The notes beneath the pieces were generated by a model. The model did no database searches, was not told the DNA's origin, and saw only the letters and a program-made list of their open reading frames with translations. Shown here piece by piece: positions 22,301-31,300 of a DNA stretch of 41,030 nt. The DNA lies in NCBI GenBank assembly GCA_002633005.1, contig NMRA01000622.1:202958-243987 (forward strand), given 5' to 3'. Numbering within the stretch: the first letter of the stretch is position 1; each line of letters opens with the position of its first letter. The DNA comes from Phoronis australis (lineage: Eukaryota > Animalia > Phoronida). Made by a program: the position numbers and the translations under genes.

Positions 22301-25300
22301 GCAGGGAGGCTATGCAATGTACTCAGGACCCATGCATACATGTAAATAAGGCGGTGACGGGGATTTTATCGGCCGTACTCAAGAAGGGGCAAGTGGCTGC
22401 AAGAACGGGAAATATTGTCTAAGATATCTTGGTTACGTGCCTACGTGCTTTGATCATCAGAACATGACAAGGGTTTGCAATTATGCATGAGTTATTATCA
22501 TAGTAACTATGAGCCTTGTTTACCAGGTTGTGCTCATGCGCAAGAATCTTAAGAAGTTTTGTTACACTAACCCTTGCAAAGTACATATTTTCTGAAAGAT
22601 GAATAAATTTCCTAACAAAATGTATTAATTTCAATTACATGTCCTTATCTTTTTTGCGAGGTATGCGTTTCTGGTATTTTTTTTTTGAATTTCAACAGAA
22701 ATTTTAAAAATATTGTTCCTCCAACCATATTAGTACGTCTTTAGTCAACATGTTGATAACGGCATTTTCGTTGGAACTGTGTTTCAGATTTATGATATGG
22801 GTCTTAGTTTTTTATTTATCGACTTTTTGTGTAAAAACGGCAATAATCTTGATTTTTGAAGGTTTTGACCTATTCCAAAAATCTGAGATACGACTTCCTC
22901 GAAAATGCCGTAATCAACACGTTGGCAAAGGACTAATATGATTGGAGGAACAAAATGTTTTTAAAATCTCTGTTCAATGTCATTTTTTTTTCAAAAAACG
23001 CATATCTCGTGAAAAGATAAGGAGAAGTATATAAGAATAACAAATTGTGTTAGGAAATTTATACACTTTTCAAAAATAATACTTTGTAGGGGTTAGAGCT
23101 AACGGAATGTGACGGGACGTTAGTAACGCTTATTGTTATTCTTATTTAGTCGCAAATCATAAGTTATTCTTATGCTAATGTTTTTGTTGCGTCTCAGTGC
23201 GCCTTTGTTACGTGGGCATGCGGGCGCGACTGTATGTGTCGGGCACTTCGCTAGCGACAGGCTTAGGAGAAGGGTGTTTCCTTCCTTTGCCTTCATGAAA
23301 ATTGATCGTTATCATGTGTAACTGAACTGAAACGTATGCCTGATGAGATGAAATACACATTTTTGATGTTCAGTGGAGACTTGCTCTGTTACAGGAATTT
23401 AAGGTATTTGCACATGTAAGTCGAACTGCTAAACAAGGTTCACAGTTACTTGGACAACATGTGACATTTACCTAGTTGGGTTATCGTAGATACACTACGA
23501 TGGATTTAGCAAATATAAGTAAGTGATTACTCTAACACTTCCCTAACCACGACAATATTCTCCGTCGTTGTTTCTGATCGATTTAAGTCAATCAACACAT
23601 CTTCTCTCTGTAGTCAAGGTACATGTACCGAAACACGACCAAATGATTACCAACTGCCGTAGACCAACTTTGGAACCTACCGCAAAAGTCCCATCCATCG
23701 GGAAACAACGGACTCCACGTGTCTGTTGCTATGTTACATGTCTGGTTGATTTTCTCCCTTGCTTTCAAAGTACCTTCCAAACAGATGTATTCCACCGTAC
23801 GGTCACCGTTGGGATGCCTTTGGAGGGTGGCGTCGCTGTTTGCTATGGGTTTTGGCTGTTGGCATCGCCGAGATTTTAATACACCTGTACAAAGGAGGAC
23901 AACATTGTATAGACCATGTTCAACATACGAAAGTGAAAATTGAATAAAAATTGTCGTAAACCTCTCTACGAGATCTTATGAGATGCCTCATGCAACATTA
24001 TTATCTCAGAACTCGCTAATGACCCCCCCCCCCTTCGTAGCACACACGGCAGGAGATCGAGAAATACAGCATACCTAATCGTTGAATAGTTAAAGGTTAG
24101 GGATTTTTGAAAGCAACTCCTGGAATAATGAGATTTTAATTTGGAACGCACCACATGAAATCTTGTCACTTAAGTTCAACCACTCAAATTTCCCCTAGCA
24201 GGCCATCATGGGTGGCATACAGCCGTGATGGTATGAGAACAGTGAACTGGTCAAAAGTTGGCGATGAGGCTGTCTAGTAGTTAATGGTAGAACCCTGCGT
24301 TTGACAGTAAATGTTGGTGGTGTAGGTCTGGTCACCGAGTTCCATATGTGTTGATAAGGCGAGTGTTGACAGCAAAGTCTAACAGTTGCGGACCAAATCA
24401 AAACATGTTTTCGTCACGGGTGGGCGACTTTATAGACGCGTTAAATACCAGACTAGGCAATCTAACGATTCTCACCACATTGTTTTTATTTTTTTGAATG
24501 TGCACGATCCACTCGCGCCAACTATAGAAACTTTTGCATGCATCTGTGGGGAGTACCGAATCCAACCTGAAAATGTATCTGATGAGACCATCGGTGTGGC
24601 ATCCATCCCTCAAAATAGTCTTTGTAAGTCTCATGAAGCAGTGCGGGGGTGATTCCAATCGGAGGAGCAACCTTCACACAATGTTACCGTCAAGCCCATC
24701 TTACGTTGACAGGCATGCATAGGCTTCACGCGGTCCAATAGCAGATTTCTCTTTAAGTATACCTGCAGACTCCAAATTGTGCCATACGACATTGTATTGA
24801 CTTCGTTTAGCCCTGGACTGGGCAACATTGGTTCTGAATTCTTTTACGTCTTCAGTTAAGTCGATCGGACACTTGGACCATGTATAGATTATGCCCCATC
24901 GACATGTCATAAACCAGTTGTCAGCTCAAAATGACGGGTAGGAATACCTGACTATACACTTACATAAGTTGCATGCGACAGTCGACTTCAAAGACATATA
25001 TGACAAATCGGAGGCGCAATACGTACTGCAAGTTAGTTCGTCGCTAAGGTCAAAGCAGTCAAAAACACCATCACATTTTAGGAATTCTGGAAGACAACCA
25101 TTTTCGCACGAGAACTGCCTGGGGCAATGTGGTGGCCTGTCTGTAGATGGCTGTATTGGCGACGTTGTGAAGAGTTTCTGGGTGGTTGTCCATTGGATTG
25201 TCGTGGTAGGTGTTGTTGTAATTTGTTTCGGCGCAGCTGAAGTTGTTGATGGTCCTGAAATAAGTGTTGTGAAAGTTTTGACCGCAGAATTCAATTATAG

Positions 25301-28300
25301 CAGTGGGGTTGGGAGGCTATGCAACACACCAATGGTCTGTGCACAAACAAGACGATGATGAAAATTGATTTGTACCCAAAAAGGGACAAGTGCCAGCAAA
25401 CAGGACAATATTGGCAAATATATCGTGTTTATTTGATTCGTGGTTTGAGCAGCAGAACACAGGTATGGATTCATGTTGGAATTGAATTACCTTTTTCAAA
25501 CGAGAAGGGATTACACTTATGTCTGAGTTATTAAAACGTTATTGACGATATAATATGGCATTAACCATGGTGGCCTGTCGTTAGTACACAACATTAGATT
25601 TGTCAACTATAAGTAAGTATTTACTATAATAATGTTACTTCATACACACACCATGGCAATATTCTCCGTTGTTGGTTCTGTGTGCTTGCCTTAGTCAAAT
25701 AGATTGTGCGTGCACTAAAATAGCAAATAACAGAAAAAACACACTGTTAGGTATTAGTCTGGTTAGGTCAACCAAACCAATTACCCTCTCTAGTGGAGTT
25801 GCATGTACCGAAACACAACTAAACGATTACTACCTGAGGTAAAGCAATTTTGGAACCTACCACAAAAGTCCCATCCATCGGGAAATATCGGACTCCACGT
25901 GTCTGTTGCTAGGTTACATGTCTGGTTGATTTTCTCCCGTGCCTTCAAAGTACCTTCCAAACAGATATATTCCACCGTAAGGTCGCCGTTGGGGTGCCTT
26001 TGGAGGGTGGCGTCAGTGTTCGTGATGGGTTTTGGCTGTTGGCATCGCCGAGGTTTCAAAAGTGCTGCACAAAAGAGGTCATTGGCGTGTATACCACTTT
26101 CAAGATACCAACAGGGAAATTAAGGAGCTGAACCTTTGTCGTACATGTAATCCTCTCCAAGAGATGTTACCAGACACCTAATTCGACATTACAATCTTAA
26201 TCAACGTTGTGCATCCGATACACTAGGCGTTTAACTGAGAGTTGTATTTAATGGGGCTATTCGGAGAATTCTCCTCGCGGTGTCGCTGCTGTACTAGTGG
26301 TGATTGAATTGCGCATGCGTGGCTTTCTGCATGTAAACAACTGGTAAAAGATGGAATTTTTATCAAAATACGTCGTCGCGCTAAGCCTTATTACTGCTAA
26401 TTTCCCTGGTGCAAGTCTTCGACAGGTGGCTACAAATTCCCAAAAGACCTAAGGTTAATATATTCGTGGACAATTGCGGTCAACAGGGTCAACTAACTGA
26501 CAAAAAGTATGTGGATGCTGAAGCACTGTGTGTGCTCTATGACTATGCAGTTCCATTCGGAGACTACACAACATTACTTGGTAAGTTTTTAGCAATCAGT
26601 TTCTATCAACATCGTTCGGTGATGCTATCCCCACCAGTTACCCCACTGAATAACAGGTTTATTGAGAGGAACTAAGTGTTTCTTTTTGGAAACTCACGCG
26701 ATGCCNNNNNNNNNNNNNNNNNNNNNNNNNNNNNNNNNNNNNNNNNNNNNNNNNNNNNNNNNNNNNNNNNNNNNNNNNNNNNNNNNNNNNNNNNNNNNNN
26801 NNNNNNNNNNNNNNNNNNNNNNNNNNNNNNNNNNNNNNNNNNNNNNNNNNNNNNNNNNNNNNNNNNNNNNNNNNNNNNNNNNNNNNNNNNNNNNNNNNNN
26901 NNNNNNNNNNNNNNNNNNNNNNNNNNNNNNNNNNNNNNNNNNNNNNNNNNNNNNNNNNNNNNNNNNNNNNNNNNNNNNNNNNNNNNNNNNNNNNNNNNNN
27001 NNNNNNNNNNNNNNNNNNNNNNNNNNNNNNNNNNNNNNNNNNNNNNNNNNNNNNNNNNNNNNNNNNNNNNNNNNNNNNNNNNNNNNNNNNNNNNNNNNNN
27101 NNNNNNNNNNNNNNNNNNNNNNNNNNNNNNNNNNNNNNNNNNNNNNNNNNNNNNNNNNNNNNNNNNNNNNNNNNNNNNNNNNNNNNNNNNNNNNNNNNNN
27201 NNNNNNNNNNNNNNNNNNNNNNNNNNNNNNNNNNNNNNNNNNNNNNNNNNNNNNNNNNNNNNNNNNNNNNNNNNNNNNNNNNNNNNNNNNNNNNNNNNNN
27301 NNNNNNNNNNNNNNNNNNNNNNNNNNNNNNNNNNNNNNNNNNNNNNNTAATTTAACAAAATGACTTTAAAAATAGCTGTTCCTTTTCAAAGGCTTTGTTC
27401 GTTGTCTCCAATATTGAAAGTAGGCTTTGACAACAGATCTGCACTGGATGGGAAGATCTTGTTGGTTAGCTGCAGTCAAATGCTAAAAACCAATTTTTGT
27501 CCATTCAGGGACGGTGCAGAAGCGATGCATATCCCCTCTGCACGGTACAAGCCTTCAAACCTAAAAACCAAAGGTTACGTGAAAACTGACGTGATAGATT
27601 TCCATTTCAACGTGTAATAGATTTCCAGAAGACATATGATAGGGAGTAAACAAATACTAGTCTAATGCAATGGATATTTATCACTCACGTACCCTATGCC
27701 ATTGGGATTGGATTGTAATCTTACTGACTCATTAACCTGTATCGAGTTGACAGCATAAACATTCAGCATTGATTGATGTAACTGTCACTGATAAACTTTT
27801 AGAAATCATTCCAAACAATAATAATGCTTTGATGTACGAAAAGATCCCGATTGCTACGTCAAGTATCGTATCACATATCACAACATTCAAAGATTAACCA
27901 GACTCTGGCTGGCGACTGACTGCCGTGAAGTCGACATCGGCGAGTGCCTCAGTTAACAGGCATCGGTAGAAAAATCATGGAATAATCGTTAAAATAATCA
28001 CAAACCTTACCTTTGTATGAGGTCGTGCTTACTTCCTCTCATAGAAGCACCCTTTTTAAGCAATCTCAGATTTAGTTGGCACGGCTGCAAGCCATTTCAC
28101 CATGTATTTAAAGGGCTCGCGAAATCGAGGCTGTTAATCTATCACCACTAGTACACGCACGCCCTCTAGTTATTGTAGATTTTCCGAATAGCCCCATTTT
28201 TAAAACTAAGATGGAATAACGAGAGTTCAATATAAGACCCACCACATGAAACCTCGTCACTTAAGTCGAAGCAATCAAACACTCCATCGCAGGCCATCAA

Positions 28301-31300
28301 GGGAGGCAGACAGCCGGCGTCACATGTGAAGATATCAGGACAGTGAACTGGTCTATCCGTTGACCAATGGGCCGTAGGTTTTTCAGTTGGCGATGAGGCT
28401 GTAGGTCTAGTAGTTGACGGTGGAGTTGTTGGTTTGACTGTAAATAGTGGTGGTGTAGGACTGGTCACTGAGATTGTTGTCAAAATCGTGCAGTCGGTAA
28501 AGTTTGTATGCCACTGTCTATCTTCTCCACAGCGCGCGATTCCTTGAGATCTTCCTGCAGACGCTAAATATCCGGTGCTACAGTTGTACGTGACAACTTC
28601 TCCGACCTTGTAATCACCACGGTCATCTCCCAAAACCACGTGGGCGTGAAGGAAAATTGGCAGCGAACTATGTAAGCATCCTAAAGCTGCAAGCGTCGGT
28701 AGCAACGTGGATGATCTTGGAGTTTGTGAACTGGATGGCTTCTGCGACTGTGACATTTGTGTAGTGTGAGGGCTTGAAGTTGATGTTGACCGTTTTCTTA
28801 TTGCTGTTGTCGCTTGTGACTGTTGCGTTGTTGCGGCCAACGTTGTCGAGGATGACGGTGTCTTCAATGGAGGCACAAGGTCTGGAATGAAACAATCATG
28901 CCAACATCAAAATGTGTTTACATGCTAAGTTCTATTTACAATCGTCTTTCGAGCATCCGAAATGGCGAATTACAACAAAATACGAAGTATGTCAGTTTCC
29001 AATGTAGTTTCATCTCGTGGCTTTGTTATGACAATATAGGTACTGCAAGCACTGTTTTTGTTCTAACGGTATACGACCTGTAGCCGCAGTAAGCGTGTTG
29101 CATAACATCCTTCCATAAGAACCTACTTCCACACACCAAGTTTGTCTTCGTGAAACTCAACGGCCAACTACGCGTCCATAAACGATGTTTGACGTCACAC
29201 ACACGACTCAGTGTTTTTGATGGACGAGCAGAATACTTGTGGCAAGTGTACGTGTACAGAATGTTGCCGTCGGGAAGTTGACCTGTTGTCATTTCTGCAT
29301 TTGGTATAGCCGTCCTCCCGCATGGATGGAGCCAGTCTGCAATAAGACGTATAAATTACTCTATGCGATGGTCAAATTCAACCGCACATGTTTAACACAA
29401 GTCTCAAGCCGAAATGTTTAGCTTTATGCCCGAGCAAATATCTCTGGGAATATGGCTCTTCGAGCATAGAAATGACATGTAGCTTAAACCCCACTTCGTT
29501 AGAAGAGATTCACTTAACTACATGTACAATGAACTATTCTAGAAGAAGAATGTTATCCTTTAAAGGTCTTTTTGGTTTACTTGCCTTATTTTACTTACTC
29601 GGCACGGTGTATTAAATCTGTTTAGTCTATGAGAATAATATCAAAAATTTGTTAAATGAGTAGTGTGGCACTGGGGGAGAGTAAGTACAACAATGCAAAC
29701 ACTGGCCGGCTGAATCGCCGTTATCTAAGCTGTTTCTGGCACCATTGCTCAGGGAAAAGGCTAATTGTTCTGTGACGGAGTTGAGATTACAAATCTTATG
29801 CATTTCAACCATTCATCACACGTCATCGCGCCCGGTTTGAAGGATTTACATTCTTATAAAACCTCCGATTCGCCCTATTTATCTGGTTAAAAGCTAATCC
29901 AATTGGACCATTTACCAAAAGTGGCGTCATTACAATTCTTACTGTGACAAGGTTCCATTTCTGCTACCAACAACAATATCGAAACCATAAGCGATGGCCA
30001 ACTCTAAAATTGCGAATTCCAAAATGTACGAGTTCAATTTATGAGAATGAAAGACCTAATTCGATTTCATTGTAGCCTCTTAAACATGACGGAATGCAGC
30101 TTTAAGTTCATTTTTGTACAAACCGATTTGAAATACCTTTATAGTAAGTATAATATGGTAAATTGACGAGCCTACCAGCTTTCAAAAAAGTAAGATTGAA
30201 AGGGAGACAATTTTGATGAAGCGACTTTTATTGGTATTTTAGACAGAGCAGTTTGTGGTAGTGGCCAGTATGAACGAAAATCTAGCATGGTAAAAACACA
30301 AAAATACCACCGTTCACGTACATTTAATAAACTATTTATTAAAAGTATCTTGTTAGCAACAAGTAGATTACATACCGACAGTTGAGAACCTCGTTGAAAT
30401 TCGTTGAGTAGTGGTGGCCGGAGTTCGTTTGGTTTTTTTCGTCGAAAGGTTTGCTTGGGAAACCGTTTTCGGTAAAGTTCCACGCGTAGTCACGAGGGAT
30501 TTCTGCGAAACTTCGGTGGTGGAGGACAAAACTTTTGTTACTTTAGACTGAATAGTCTTCCTCGATGAGTATGTTGGAAGGTACGTCACGTATGGAGAAC
30601 GAGTTGACAGCGTCGTCAAGGAAAGATCACTGCTCACCGGAGCTTTTGATTTTTGGGATGTCAGCAACGTCCCTAAGAATTTCGAAGTGGAGAAGGCTTG
30701 TAATGTCCCGGTCTTCGAAGGAACTGTTACGGAGACACTAGAGCGTACAATTCGCGTGGTCGAAGGCCCCGAAAACGTCGCTAGGGAAACCGTTGTTAAT
30801 GGTAGTTTAGTTCCTGGCATCGAAGTGTGCACTGTTGTGGCCGGGGCTAGCGTATTCCAAGGTTTTGTTGTTGGTTCTGGAACTATCCAAAGAGATAGAC
30901 CAACAAAAGTACAGCGAAGTATCATGAGACATTAAAAGAACAGTCGTCGGAGAAGCAAAACTAAAATAACAAGAGGGCGCTAAGCCGAAACGATAACAGG
31001 GGTGGGCAGCGCAAATAGCGCGTGACGAGATCTACCATCATATCAGATTTCAGAAAGATCTGTCAACGGACGCCTGAGATATGGCACGAAAAACCAAACA
31101 TTTAAAAAACAAGCCTCCGGAAATCAGAAAGGGATGACAGTATTCGGTGATAGCGATCTATTCATACCACGTATCAAATAGAAACATCCCTAAGCGGACA
31201 GTGGAGCTATGGCCCTGCAGCAAAAATGGCCGTCACAGAACCATCCTGCATCCAATTTCAATTTCAGTCAAAAGCAATCGATCAAGTAAAAATGCACATG

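Larger units (their letters stand above)
26253..28195. mobile_element. ISL2EU-type (PIF/Harbinger-related) DNA transposon, decayed, centre in an assembly gap
   Basis: AT|GGGGCTATTCGGAGAAT...ATTTTCCGAATAGCCCC|AT (2-bp AT TSD); second IR block GTACTAGTGGTGAT / ATCACCACTAGTAC; convergent THAP (+) and SAP (-) remnants. Confidence 0.78.

Noticed and set aside
23568-26123. Plus-strand ORFs over the duplicated exons (e.g. 23568-23879, 24969-25358, 25803-26123)
   Set aside because: Antisense shadows of the minus-strand sushi/LDLa exons.
26662-27363. ORFs spanning the second N gap, or a hidden host exon in it
   Set aside because: N artefacts; the gap is inside a transposon and the flanking host exons join in phase without it.
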